Origin: Octopus vulgaris
Lineage: Eukaryota
DNA: 64,000 nucleotides
Direction of reading: 5' to 3'
NCBI GenBank assembly: GCA_951406725.2
Contig: OX597825.1
Coordinates: 49,042,001-49,106,000 of the forward strand
A program made the translations under genes and the position numbers. The notes under the pieces are model-generated. The model saw only the letters and a list, made by a program, of their open reading frames with translations, was not told the origin of the DNA and did not search any database. Within the stretch, counting starts at the first letter, position 1. Each line of letters starts with the position of its first letter. This document shows, piece by piece, positions 12,520 through 25,470 of the stretch.

Positions 12520-14298
12520 CACCGGTCAAAATCAGTTTAAGACCGATGATGACATTCCATCCCTTCATTAATATATTTTAAGCAAAACTGCATAAAACTA
12601 TTTTACTTTTTACAGTTTATGTAGATATTTTTTCCCTTTCGAATATGATACATGTTATATATCTTTCTACAATTCGAATAATTTTAATGTGCGATTACTT
12701 CAAATGATTAGAAGTTATCGGCAAAATAAGTTTAAGACAGAACATTGTTACACATTAATTCGCTATGGGATAGCGTCCTAGTATCAACCTAGTTACTAGA
12801 TCAAAGCTCGTGTTTCTTCATCAGCAAAATGTGTCCTTCATGAACATTAGTAAGCAATTAGAATGCAGCAAAACGGCTTGTGTTCAAACATGGAAGCCAC
12901 TGGCCAATACAAAGATCGGCAAAGAACGGGCGCTTCGAGAAAAACAACAGTATAGATGGATCGGCGAATTCATAGGCTCTCTAAAGGTAATCGGATGCTA
13001 ACAGCAGTAGAAATTTTCAAGCAATTATCTGATAAAACTGACATCAGCTTTACACCACACACTGTCATAAAACGCCCAAAAGAATTTGAACTTTTCAGCC
13101 GAATCGCTCCTTAGAAGCGGATGATTTCTGAGACGAACCAGCAGAAGCGGGTCAAGTTCGCTAAAAACCATATTGAATGGACGGCCGAAGACTGGTCAAA
13201 AGTGTTTTGGAACGACGAATCCCACTTCTGCATCTTTGGATCAGATGGAAAGACTTATGTTAGACACCGTCCGAGAATTCCATCCTAAGTGTGTCAAGAA
13301 AACATGCAAGCAGGAGGTGTGTGTATGTGTGTGTGGGGGTAATGGTGTGTGTCGCCTTCAGCAGTTTAGGTGTTGTTGCAATTGTTAAGGTTGATGGCAG
13401 ACTGAACAGTGTAGGCTATCTGCAATTAGTAACTGAAAACGTGCTGCCATATTTAAATAATCAGATGCCGTCAGGATCTATTTTCCAGTAAGACTAATGC
13501 CCCGTTCATGAGCGTAATAATATGGTGGTTATTGAGTAGCCTCTGCAAAGCTCGGATTTGAATCCGATAGAAAATTTATAGAATTATGTTTCTAGAAGTG
13601 TTCATGCTAAAAAAACAAAAAACAAAACAAAACAAAAACAAATTTGTCCCAATTATATAATTTTATTGAAGAAATATGGCAGAACATTCCCAGTGATTTT
13701 TGTGCTCATTTGTCGAACTTCATGTCCCACCTTTGTAAGGCCATATTTCAAAATAATGGCTATGGAGCAAGATACAACTAGTAATTTTTTGTTCGTTGAT
13801 CATTTGTGCTGTAAATTTTCAATTTAAACAAAATAAATGTTGGTACGGTCCTAAACTTATTTGGCCGACAATTTTTAATCATTTGAATTAATTGAGCATT
13901 AAACTTATTCAGATTGTAGAAAGATATATAACGCCTGTATCATTCGAAAGAGAAGAAAATTCTACCTAAACTGTGAAAAGTAATATAATTTTATACATTA
14001 CAGATATGTACTTGCATAGCAAGCGACCTGATCTGAGATCGTATGCTTAAGCAAAACTATTGCATCGTGGAAGGTATTTATAAGCCATTTTGTCAATGAA
14101 CAGGTCGCGGTCTCAAAGCGACGAAAATATTTCGACAAATTAAATTTAAATGCTGAGTGAATCTAACGGTTTTTGTGTGTTTTTAAATGGTTTGTAAACA
14201 CCTTCCACGCCGCAATTGTAATTTTATATATTTTTGTTAAAAATCAATTAATGAAAGATTAAAACTATCATCATCGGTCTTAAACTTATTTTGGCCAG

Positions 14299-14300
<2 letters not shown>
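12520..14300 (+). mobile_element. Tc1-family DNA transposon with long IR/DR-type TIRs and decayed transposase
   Basis: Left end caccggtcaaaatcagtttaagaccgatgatga and right end tcatcatcggtcttaaacttattttggccagta; inner repeats near 12720 and 13850; catalytic motifs FWNDESH (13205), FQ*D (about 13482), SSDLNPIEN (about 13550-13578). Confidence 0.9.
13996..14218. mobile_element. About 220 bp insertion in the right TIR of the Tc1 element, with internal inverted repeat
   Basis: Absent from the left TIR; flanked by duplicated taattttata (13986-13995 and 14219-14228); arms 14059-14090 and 14185-14216 are complementary. Confidence 0.7.
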
Positions 14301-14339
<39 letters not shown>

Positions 14340-15294
14340 CTGCGCGTGTATGTATATATCTGTATCTATTGTATCTACTAGACATTATAGACATTAGTCT
14401 ATATTGTATGTATTAGGCAGTACACAAAGTAGTTGCGATCATATCGCGGGGTATTTTCACAAGAATAAAGTCTTTGACAAGACGCTGCTCTACAACATAT
14501 ACGTTTCTTTGTTATGAAATATCTGTCCCCATTCTTTGAAACTTTTGCATAATTTTCTATAGTTTCTCCTCATGTAATACTTACAATAGTAAGTATTACC
14601 AAGACACGAGTTAGATTTACGACTGAAATCAAATTATAACATTCAGTGAAACAGTAGATATTGCAGTGTAAAGCTACGGATTTCTAATAAGTTATTAGAG
14701 TAAATACCTTCCTCAAGAGAAATCAACTCCGCTTTTTACCCCCCCCCCACACCTCATAAGCGTATTTCTCTATCACATACAGATTTTCCAGGTAGATGTT
14801 AGTAACAGAGAAATTAATGCTACAGTACTACCATTTTGATTGATTATAACTTCGATCGCGAATTCATAGGGTCTCCATTTCAAATGTAAATCTCTCATTC
14901 CCATGTAAAGATTTTGGCACGTACCGTAAAAACTGTTTATAAGTAATTGACTGTGGTAAGAACTTTCTCTGAAAGTAAAAAATTATCATTGGGGACTATT
15001 TCAGAAAAAGCAAGAAAACAGACAAATCCTGAGTACTTGATAAGGATCGTTCATTAGTAGATACGGACGTTTTCCTAAGAGGAGACAAACATGAAGGAAA
15101 GGGATGCAACTCGTTATGCTTAACTAGATAAGTGACAATACAGATATATTTAGTTAAAAATGTACGTGTGCCAGTAAGCAGGTGTAATTTTTTTTACAAG
15201 CAAGTTTTAAGAATTTTGATAAGCTTTTGTTTCTCTTTTGGAAAATCATTGTGTGCTATCATGTTTTGTTTGTACTTGACAAACGACGGAAAAT

Positions 15295-15495
15295 GATCGA
15301 TTTCAAATTTTGGCACAAGTTCGGAGAAGGGAATGAATCAGTTACATCGACCCTAGTGCTCAACTGGTACTTATTAACGTACCTCGAAAGGATGAGTGGT
15401 AAACTGACCTCTGCGGAATTTGAACCCCCTAATGTAAAGACGGACGAAATGGTGCGAAGCATTTGTCCGTTGTGCTAACGATTCTGCTTACCGAC
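15295..15495 (-). mobile_element. SINE family B
   Basis: catcgaccctagtgctcaactggtactta..gaaaggatg..gcggaatttgaacc; B box on the minus strand. Confidence 0.75.
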
Positions 15496-16035
15496 GACCA
15501 CAAAGAAATATTGCGACATGGGAAAGTAAGGGGAGAACTGGAATATATGTATCCACAACGTTTATTATACGGCGAAGAAGGTAAAACACTCATATCATTC
15601 ATGCTCATAAAAGGAATGTTTATGAGCATGAAATGACGAGTCGAACTTTTGATATAATTTTCGTCCTGAGCGAAACTCTTCTGGCTTTAACTTTCCACGA
15701 CTCTGATGATCACAAACTACTTATTTAATGTTATCCATCAAATAGGAGAAATTTGAAAATTGAGTTGACTATATGACCCTTGTAAGGCCAGGGTGGCAAA
15801 GAGACTTGTAGTATTCCACCAAGTCAATATGCATACCTACATAACTAGCACGATATTGCATTTCAGATAATCTACCAAAAACGCAAGAGATAAAATTTCG
15901 TCGGAGAACCGTATAAATTATGAGCACCAGCTTGCTTGATAATTTCTCATTTCCAGTTTTAATTATGTGTTCGTTAAATATATATATAAATATACATACA
16001 TACATGCATACACACATACATATACACACACACAG

Positions 16036-16113
<78 letters not shown>

Positions 16114-16133
16114 CTCTCTCTCTCTCTATAAAT

Positions 16134-16164
<31 letters not shown>

Positions 16165-18264
16165 CATGTATATATACGTAACTTATATATCACACTTCTA
16201 TACACATTATTACATCAAAAACAGTGAGCGTGGGAGAGAGAGAGAGTGTGAGAGGAATAAAGGAAATTTCTGTATTATTTATGCAAGATCATTTTCTGCA
16301 GACATATATTACCATATATGTTTTTGTCAGAAATATATTGCTGTGCAGTATATCATTTATGAAAGAGAAATGTTATTACAATATAATATATTTGTATAAC
16401 TAAAATTATGTTTGCTAAGTTGAAGAATAAAAGTTAACAAATTCAATTTCGTGATTGATTCTGAAGCTTGGAAATAATTCATTTCAGCAGTCACTAGCAC
16501 CATTTTTCAAACTCAGGTCTGAATCAAAAGAATATAAAATATATTTCCTGCTTTTCCTGCTATTTGATTCTTTTGACGAAGCTCCGTATAGTTTCAGTAG
16601 AGATATGACAATAGTTTGATTTGTTCGTTTTCCGGAAATTAATACTCTTGGCTCTACAGAGGCACCAACTAGACAGGGTTATCCACTAAGACAACAGAAA
16701 TACTTATAGTTTTGTTATGTTGCTCCAATCCACTCTGTTCGCCAATAATGGCGTGAATATTAATGACATGAATCTGTTTTGGATTTAGAAACTATGAATT
16801 GAGTTCATATAACAGAAAACGTGTATGCGTGCGCGTTGTGTGTAGGCGTTTGTATTTGTGAAAGAACGAGAGGGGTGAGAGAAGCACAAAGGATATATGA
16901 AGCGACATAGAATAAAACATAAAAGGTTAATATAAATAAGTAGATTAGTAACAGAACTTACTGATATTTGAGTTGGTGTTGCATTAGAATATATGGCAGG
17001 ATAGAGGTTTCGTTTCCTATACTAACAATAACGACAGCCAAGTCTTCATATTATAAATTTCCGTCATTAAAAGAGTACCCTGAATATTGCAGTTTTGAAT
17101 ACACTATATGTGAAAGTTTGACTAGATGTTCCTAAGGGCATCGTTTTGCCCCACATCTGCTTGATTCGGAATGATCAGAGACTAAACAGCAACTATTAGC
17201 GTATTTTTATCTCCCAATCATTTCTCCTATTTTGTTATCAAAATTACAGCTCATGGATTCTATTTTGGCAACTGTTCTGCCTCATTGCATTACTGCAAAT
17301 TGTGGCAAATCTATGAGTTTTTTTATTCCATCACATCAATAGTGAATAGAGAGACTTCTAGGAATGTGACACAAAAGATTCCTGAGATCCAGCCTTGATG
17401 ATTGATTAAACAATTTTCCAGACTTAATTGATTTTATCAAGAACGAGAAAAAGGATGTCTATACGAAATATCAAATATCAAAAGAAACAAGCAACTTTAG
17501 CGCAATTTCACAAATCTTGCAAAAGCATTTTCAAATGAACTGTTTATTTTTCATATATACAATAGACAAAACCTTCCCGTCGTATTTAGAATATAAGTAA
17601 GAAATTAATAAACATCTAACTTCGAAAACAACAATAGACTGCAAAAGCAATTAAGATGCCAAAATAGCCGTTGGAACAAACTGTATTTCACTATTAATTA
17701 TTATAACACCTCCGGTTAGCATTTCTCCTGTTATTTTGCATGGTAATTCACTTTATAAATTAGGAGAAAAGGAAAACATCTATACCTTTCAAAACTTTTG
17801 AGCTGCAGGATAAATGTACTAAGTATTTATTTCTTCAAAAAAAATATCAATTTAAGCTGCCACTAACACACATTGAATACAATGGAGATAGTTGATTAAT
17901 ATGATGTTTCAGATGCCTCCTTGTATTGCACTTTTTCTCTTCATATTCCACTAGAAAAAATTATATAGATATGACTGTTGTTAAAAGAAAATATGCCGGA
18001 GAGAAAAATTGTTGCCTGTAATTTGGGAAGAAGATGTTTCTGAGTTTTTAGTATAGATACACAGTTAGGGATATTCCATTAGGTGTATTCCTGTACATTA
18101 CTCTCATTAATATTTTGACCCCAGAAGGAAAAAGAACAAAGACGACTCTGCTGGGATTTGAACTCAGTGGAAAAATCCGCAATGAAATAATTAATAGATT
18201 TTCTCCGGCACAATTAAACATGTCTGTCATAGCTCTGTGAACAGTGATATCTATGTTTTATTTT

Positions 18265-18690
18265 AAGACGGGCTAAATGTTTAGTGGTATTTAGTCTGTC
18301 TTTACGTTCTGAGTTCAAATTCTGGCGAGGTCGACTTTGCCTTTCATCCTATCAGGGTAGATTTTGCCTTTCATCATTTCGGGGTCGATACATTAAGTTC
18401 AAGTTGCGCACTGGGGTCGATCTAAACGACGGGCCCTTCCCCCATGATTTCGGACCTTGTGCCTGGAGTAGAAAAGAATATAAGAACACATTTAGCACTC
18501 TGGGTGAAATGTTTCGCAGCATTTCGTTTGTCTTTGTGATCTGAGTTCAAGTTACACCGAGGTTGAATTTGCCTTTCATCACGTTGGGGGTCGATAAAAC
18601 TAGTACCAATTGAGGACTGGGCTCGATGTAACCCACTTAAACTCTACTTTGAAATTACTGGTCTTGTGCCAAAATTTGAAACCAACATAC
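18265..18690 (+). mobile_element. SINE family B, two tandem copies (plus a partial inverted copy near 18090-18200)
   Basis: ctgagttcaaattc..gaggtcgactttgcctttcatc at about 18310 and again at about 18540. Confidence 0.75.
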
Positions 18691-19451
18691 AAGCATATTT
18701 AGCTGAGAGCTATAGTCAAACATATCCGCGCCGTACTTGACTGTTATTTTCATTCGAATGGTCGAGAGGCAAGTTTGGCACTGATGGGGTTCATATAACT
18801 ACTGAGACAATTAATTATGCATAACAAGATATTTTACTCGCATTACACGCCATTCTACTGATTCTACCAATCCAACAAGAAGAATGATAAAATAAGCTTC
18901 TTATTCACCAAATAAAATAATATGTAGAACAAATTCTTTGAAGCGCCATTTGCAATTGATAGTTTAAATTTTCTCCGAAGTAATTATGATTTAATCATCC
19001 TTTAACTGATTTTAATAAAATGAGACGTGTTATTGTTATCAGTGAAAATGACTGAAAAAGAGTAACAAATTCACATCTTAGTATGTTAACAGTAATTAGG
19101 GAAATGATTTTTAGTCGGAGTTTAGACTTTATTTGGCCAACAACTGTAATTATTGAAATAGACAAACAGTGGATTGTTGTATTATGCGTAGTCTCACAGA
19201 GAGATATGAATGACAGTTACACATATCGAGTGAATACGGAAGGCCTTGTACAGTATACGCTTGGTTATAGAAGACAAGTTATGTTTCTAGACCAAGAACC
19301 AGATAAAATGGAACTGGGTGGGGAATATTTTCACTCTGCACCTAAGAAAGTATATGGAAAGGTGTTGGAATCTTACTTTTTAATTGGGATAATCATGTCT
19401 TCTTCAACTTTATTGTGATCCTTTAAAAGAGGATGATGCTTCATGTGTGTA

Positions 19452-19512
19452 CACCGGTGGTCGCGTTCGCGATGTAATTTTATAGCGCATCTGCTTCATC
19501 ACTCCGTCTTCT
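19452..19512 (-). ncRNA. Decayed hammerhead motif, inverted, upstream of a PLE fragment
   Basis: Minus strand: cggag-(c)TGATGA-agc..gc-GAA-cgcg-ac-caccg; palindromic stem III and partial stem I, but several core changes. Confidence 0.4.
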
Positions 19513-19589
19513 TAATGAGCCTTGTCATATAAAGCTTCATTCTTAGTATCTAAATTTGTTCAACGAATATGGAAGCAGATAAATCCTTA

Positions 19590-20150
19590 ATATCAAGTGT
19601 TTGCCATTTGAAGGAAAAGTCCTGTTAAAATATCACCTTTCCTTAGGTTGGTGAATAAGCATTTCACGCGACCACGCAAATATAGAAGGATCTTTAACAG
19701 GCATAATTTAAGGATATCTTTCAGTTGTGCACCAAATGTTAAGAAAAAATTACTTAGCACTCCTAAACCACAGACAGAGGCAGGTTTTTCATGCAGGATT
19801 GCAAATGAATACCCAGTAGATGGCCGATACAACACCGAAGCTACAGCGTACCAAGCAAAGGTATTCTTAAACAGAAGCAGCACAACTAACAGCAACAACA
19901 ATGCCAACGTAGGGACACGCTAAAATTTATATCGGATCATGGGAATCTAAATTTAAAATTCGCCTGAACAACCACAGATCTTCTTTCAGTGTGCCGGAGA
20001 GACGCAATACAAAACACTTGCACCTAAAGGACGCTCTTTAACATCAGGTGGAAATTATTAGAAACTTGTGGACCCTATCGCAATGGAACAAGCTATGTAA
20101 ATTGTGTATGGCAGAAAGCTGTATCATCCTAATGAACACACATGAGCCAG
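19590..20150 (+). mobile_element. Penelope-like C-terminal/GIY-YIG fragment
   Basis: LVNKHF..KYRRIFNRHNLRISFSCAPNVK, CRIANEYPVDG..YQAKV, YIGS..KFKIRLNNHRSSF, CKLCMAE. Confidence 0.85.
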
Positions 20151-20331
20151 GAGGCCACTCGAACTCCTAGACGGAAGCCGTTGGGAATTGTCCACATTTT
20201 CGGAAAGTTTTCCTTCACAATTGGAAAAGAGAGATAACTTGCTCAGTCAAAATTTTGAACAGGAATTTTCCTTCAACTATCACCGGCGTTCGTGTGTTTT
20301 TAAAAACATCTTTTGCAGAGAACAGTTATTG

Positions 20332-20394
20332 TTTAGAGAAACTGATGAGATGTCTAGTTCACGCTTGATATGAAAACAATGGTATTTCTCTAAA
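20332..20394 (+). ncRNA. Type I hammerhead ribozyme motif (PLE-associated, near-intact)
   Basis: Perfect 10 bp stem I tttagagaaa/tttctctaaa, CUGAUGA, stem II atgtc/gatat, GAAA, acaatgg, GUA triplet. Confidence 0.75.
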
Positions 20395-22095
20395 TTATTA
20401 CGTTGCACATATAAAATTAAACAACTGCTCTATTTATTTTAGAGTATCTTCTTTTTCTGACTTACGATCTTAAAACGAAGATATATATATATATATACAT
20501 ATGTGTGCGTGCGTATGTGTGTGTGTGTGTGCTTGTGCGTGCGTGCGCGTAAGTGTGTGTATGTGTGCGTTTGTGTATATGTGTGTTTAACAGCTGACAG
20601 TGGATCTATTTTTATAGTTTAAATGCAAAAAATCTAACACCAGGATACTGGCAACTGATCCACTAAACTGCTCTATTTATTAAGTTGTTAAACTTTCAGC
20701 ATATCGACCTAAAACTGAAAGCCACTCCTTGTGTGATATGAACTTATAACATAAAATGACGTAACTGGGACTTGGAAAGGATTCATTATATTCCTGCAGT
20801 GCTCCACCCATCTCTTATAAAGCAATGTAGCAATGTTAATTTACTTTCTTAATTAATCACTTCTGATATAGGTCGATATCAGATTTCAGACAAAGAACAC
20901 CAGTTTTAGTTCGTAGATATATCATTTTAATCTAAATCCTTTGAATAGCAATAGAACAAGTCAAGCGTGAAGAATTAAACACTTTAATCACTAAGTTCAT
21001 TCATCTGTAGCATTCTGCAGACTCTCTTGCTTGACATCACAAGTGGAACAAAGACAACATTATGTATTTGTCAGTTGTTTCTTATAATACCGATGATAAA
21101 ACTCCTCAAATTGTTTTGTGTTTCCGCTGAGTGCAATATCAAAATAAATCTTATAATGCTTTATTTCGTTCAGAACAATGATTTCAGGAACCATTTCTAA
21201 TAGAATTTTTCACCCACATTCTCCTTCCTACTTTAAATTTACAGTGTATGCCATTACATATGGTGTTCAAGATGATGATTATGATGGTAACTGCATTGAC
21301 AATAATACAAATAATGTTAGCACTAATGAAACAATAAATAAATAATATGAAATCGTTGACGGATAAAGATTGCAATAAAAAATAAATCGGAAACATATAT
21401 TTAAAAATATTAAGAGAAAAGAAAACTGCATCAATAAAAACACAGTTAATTGCCAAGTTAATCAATGTTCTGGAAATTACCCTGTTTGTTTTATAATAGA
21501 AATAGTAATTAACACATAATTATAACAAATATATATATATACATCCGTAATGTATACACACACATACACACATACACACACACATACACACACACACGAA
21601 CACACACACACACATACACACACATACATATATATATATATAAATACACATACATCGATATCTGCGTATTTTCTACTAGTCTTTTGAAATTGTAATTTCC
21701 TTAGTTAAATAACGTGAAAGAACATCCATGAAGAAGTTACCAGTTATACTCAGAGTGAACACTTTACTGTCAAATTCGTCAATATACACCCCTTTATTCA
21801 TTAAGATAAATCCTGTTTAGCTCACTTTTCTCTTCATATCTTTGAACGCGACAACCCTAATTATCAAAATCTACATTAATACAGTAATACGTAACGTCCA
21901 GAAGTACGAAATTATATCAGCTCTGAGTCACATATTTATTAACTTTCGTCATCATCTGGTAACGGCAAAAGCATAAGAATTTATATATATATGTGTGTGT
22001 GTGTGTGTGTTTGTCTGTATGTGTGTATGTGTGTATGCATATATGTATGTATATATATATATATATATACACACATGCATACACACACACATCTA

Positions 22096-22128
<33 letters not shown>

Positions 22129-22473
22129 TATTAAATTAGAGATAAAACCACTATTAGGCAAATGAAACAGTGAAAAACATAAGCCAATACATAAAATTAA
22201 TTTAAAAATATAAAAGTTAAAAAGTAAAAAATTATTTAAATAATTTAAACTCATAAATTTTTAATATATATATACAAATATATATATATATATGTATGTA
22301 TATTTTTATATTTATATATTATTATATTTATTAATTTATATTTATTTATTTTTATATTTATATATTATTATATTTATTAATTTATATTTATTTATTTATT
22401 TATTTTTTTTTTAATAATTTTTTTTTATATTAATATCAAAAGTATTAAAAGTTTAATAAAAGATAAAGAGTAA

Positions 22474-22570
22474 AACACTACAATCGTTTCATGGCTGTAC
22501 CAATTCGAATAACAATAATTTAAATTCAATTAATAATTCGTGTTATGGTTACAGTCAATCTTCAGGTTAA
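22474..22570 (-). ncRNA. Hammerhead motif in left palindrome arm
   Basis: Minus strand: CUGAAGA, stem II tgactgta/tacagcca with a long insert, GAAA, cgattg, UA; stem I weak. Confidence 0.6.
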
Positions 22571-22999
22571 TTGAAATATGTAAAAATAATCAGAAATATT
22601 TAAACAATATTTTTAAGATATAAATAATATAATAATTTTACTTATAATAAACTCTATTATCAAACTAGAAACTTAAAACTTAACAATTATGATTATATCA
22701 AAATCGATTATAATGTTAAATATTAATTGATATATAATAGTCATTTTTTTTCTTTTTTTAAATTTTTAAATATTTATGTAATTAGATATAGACTAACACA
22801 TATATCAGATTATTGGTGGGTTTCTTACCTTATAAATTAAAATTAATATTTAACATTATAACCGATTTTGATATAATCATAATTGTAAAGTGTTAAGTTA
22901 CTAATTTGATAATATGGTTTATTATAAGTAAAATTATTATATTATTTATATCTTGAAAATATTGTTTAAATATTTCTGATTATTTTAAAAATATTTCAA

Positions 23000-23096
23000 T
23001 TAATCTGAATATTGACTGTAACCATAACACGAATTATTAATTGAATTTAGATTATTGTTATTCGAATTGGTACAGCCATGAAACGATCGTAGTATT
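23000..23096 (+). ncRNA. Hammerhead motif in right palindrome arm (G8 mutated)
   Basis: CUGAAUA 23005-23011, GAAA 23080-23083, palindromic stem III cgatcg, UA 23090-23091. Confidence 0.55.
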
Positions 23097-23202
23097 TTAC
23101 TCTTTATCTTTTATTAAACTTTTAATACTTTTGATATTTATATAAAAAATAAATAAATAAATAAATATAAATTAATAAATATAATAATATATAAATATAA
23201 AA

Positions 23203-23254
<52 letters not shown>

Positions 23255-24039
23255 ATATATATATTTAAAATTATATATAAGTTTAAATTATTTAAATAAT
23301 TTTTTAATTTTTAACTTTTATATTTTAAAATTAATTTTATGTATTGGCTTATGTTTTTCACTGTTTGATTTGCCTAATAGTGGTTTTATCTCTAATATAA
23401 TATAATATAATATAATATAATATAATATATTTATACTATAAAATTGGATTTAATCCTAAGTCTAATTTTTCCCTGTAAGTTTGGATTTATTCCCTATTAT
23501 TATTATTATTTATATATATATATATACCTAAACACATAAGCGCGCTTGCACGTGTGTGTATGTTAGAGGACGTAGTTGAAAGTCTTTAATCTCACACAGA
23601 GACCCTTAACCAAGCAATCTGGCCAATTTTGAATGCACTAAACCTATGCCAAGTGTTATTCTGCTAATCGTTTTCTGCTTCGCTTACGTTTCTCAAGTTC
23701 CAAAGCGTCCGTGAAAGGAATGGCCTGCAAATGCTCGACTGCCAGTCTGTACTGGAAAGCAGCTAGTTTTCCACAGTTCAGTTGATTTTAATTTGAAATT
23801 CATTAATGATAATATATCTGTAGTAATTTCGTAAAAAGTCACCCAAAAATCGCGTATTTCGTGAGTATTTGAATACAGAACTGGTAATTTTGGAAAATGC
23901 ATTAGCTTGACAGAGCTTAATTAGAAAATATTTCCCCTAGATTGCCATAGATAATGTTTTGCGAGAGTAGGACGCCCCCAGATGAGAATGGACTGGACCA
24001 CTTCTTATAAGTTTGAGTGCGAGAGGAAGTTGTTGATTG

Positions 24040-24510
24040 TTCAGTGTAAAGCCCAGTGTTCTGTTGTTACTGCGGATTCGCCTACGGGCTTCTTTTTTTT
24101 ATTGACGTTTTTTTCCCCAGTTTGAGGAAAAGAATTTTGAAATGGAATATTAGCCAGAACATGTTGGGAGTTATGCTGTGGTGGCGGGAGACGAACGCTA
24201 CAAGCACATTGGAAGTGCGATAGATAGTAAGAAACATCGAGAAGCCTGGGAGACTGGAAGACACGGGGAGTTGCTCCAGAAGGAGGGGGAAGTCTGTGAC
24301 TGACCCCTCCAGAGGAAGTAACGAAAAGTATCAGGAGAAGGACAGTGGTATACAGAAAGCTGTCCTTATCCAGAAAGAAAATTGAGACTGAGGAGGCTAT
24401 AGAGAAATGTCTAGAAAATGTGAAAAGCGTAACCACCTACTACACCAGAGGAAGAATGTATAGTACAGTGGAAATGAGCTTTTATCTCAGAGAATTCCAC
24501 AGAATGATAC
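24040..24510 (+). mobile_element. Possible 5' end/ORF1 fragment of a non-LTR retrotransposon
   Basis: Purine-rich coding-like stretch PPEEVTKSIRRRTVVYRKLSLSRKKIETEEAIEKCLENVK..TRGRMYSTVE; family assignment rests on recollection only. Confidence 0.35.
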
Positions 24511-24544
24511 TTCTAACAATGTGTATGCATTTAATATTTTTTTA

Positions 24545-24912
24545 TTCCTTCATTTGCTTCAGTCATTAGCCTGCAGTCATGCAGGAGCACCGCCTTTAGC
24601 CAAACAAATCGACCCTAGCTCTCATTCTCTGCAAGCCTAGTACTTATCCTCTGTACAAGCTGAACCGCTTGTATATATATATATATATATATATATATAC
24701 AAGACAGGCTTCTTTCAGTTTCTTATTTGTTTACTGCGCACAAAGGGCTACACACAGAGGGGACAAACAAGGACAGACAAACGGATTAAGTTGAATATAT
24801 CGACCCCAGCGCGTCCCGAAAAGATGAAAGGCAAAGTCGACATCGGCGGAATATGATCTCAGAACGTAGCAGCAGACGAAAAACCACTAAGCATTACGCC
24901 CGGCGTGCTAGT
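24545..24912 (-). mobile_element. Adjacent SINE family C fragment (24545-24722) and SINE family B (24722-24912)
   Basis: cagtcattagcctgcagtcatgcaggagcaccgcc, then gatgaaaggcaaagtcgacatcggcggaat..tcagaacgtag. Confidence 0.7.
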
Positions 24913-25470
24913 GTCCTACATTATCCCTGAAAAGATGGTTTGCTGAAGGCTGGAATGTCTTTGATGATAGATTTGCAGTATCAGGGCTTATTTGAGGCTA
25001 AATAACAACATTATGATAAAATTCTATATTAACATCCGCCCGATTTTCACTAAGAAAAAAAAAGGATTTTTTTGTGTGGAATCAAGTACCCTCACCTCAT
25101 AATATGCTGCAAATCCCTTATTTTGTTTCGAAAAAGATGAGGTAAGGGTTCCTCCCAATCCCTGAATCATTGGAATTTTTTTAGTTGAATGACTTCATGT
25201 GGCCTCTTAATATTGCAAAATTAGGTTACTTAAGGTGAGCCTAGTAACGGATGGTTTTGGAATCTTTTTGCTTGTAACTTTGGTGAGCCATGGTGAAACC
25301 AACAACATGGTAAGAATCCCTGCCATTAATAAATAATTCAATTACAACATATATTTAAATGAAACATGGAAAAATTGAAATATTATCTTTCAGTATTTTA
25401 GAAGGTAAACCTTAAATTAATGACGCATTATTAACTATCCTATAACAGCAATACCTAGAAAAATCATGGA

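Larger units (their letters stand above)
22131..23400. repeat. 1.27 kb palindrome (arms 22131-22728 and 22841-23400, 112 bp spacer), probably an inverted PLE pseudo-LTR pair
   Basis: Arms are near-exact reverse complements throughout (e.g. gataaaaccactattaggcaaat / atttgcctaatagtggttttatc); each arm carries a hammerhead motif. Confidence 0.92.

Noticed and set aside
17100-17560. Possible ancient LINE RT remnant (also 5940-6370)
   Set aside because: Only faint single-motif resemblance; not supportable without an alignment.
21184-21465. Hydrophobic 93 aa ORF resembling a membrane protein exon
   Set aside because: Explained by T-rich composition; no recognisable motif or clear splice sites.
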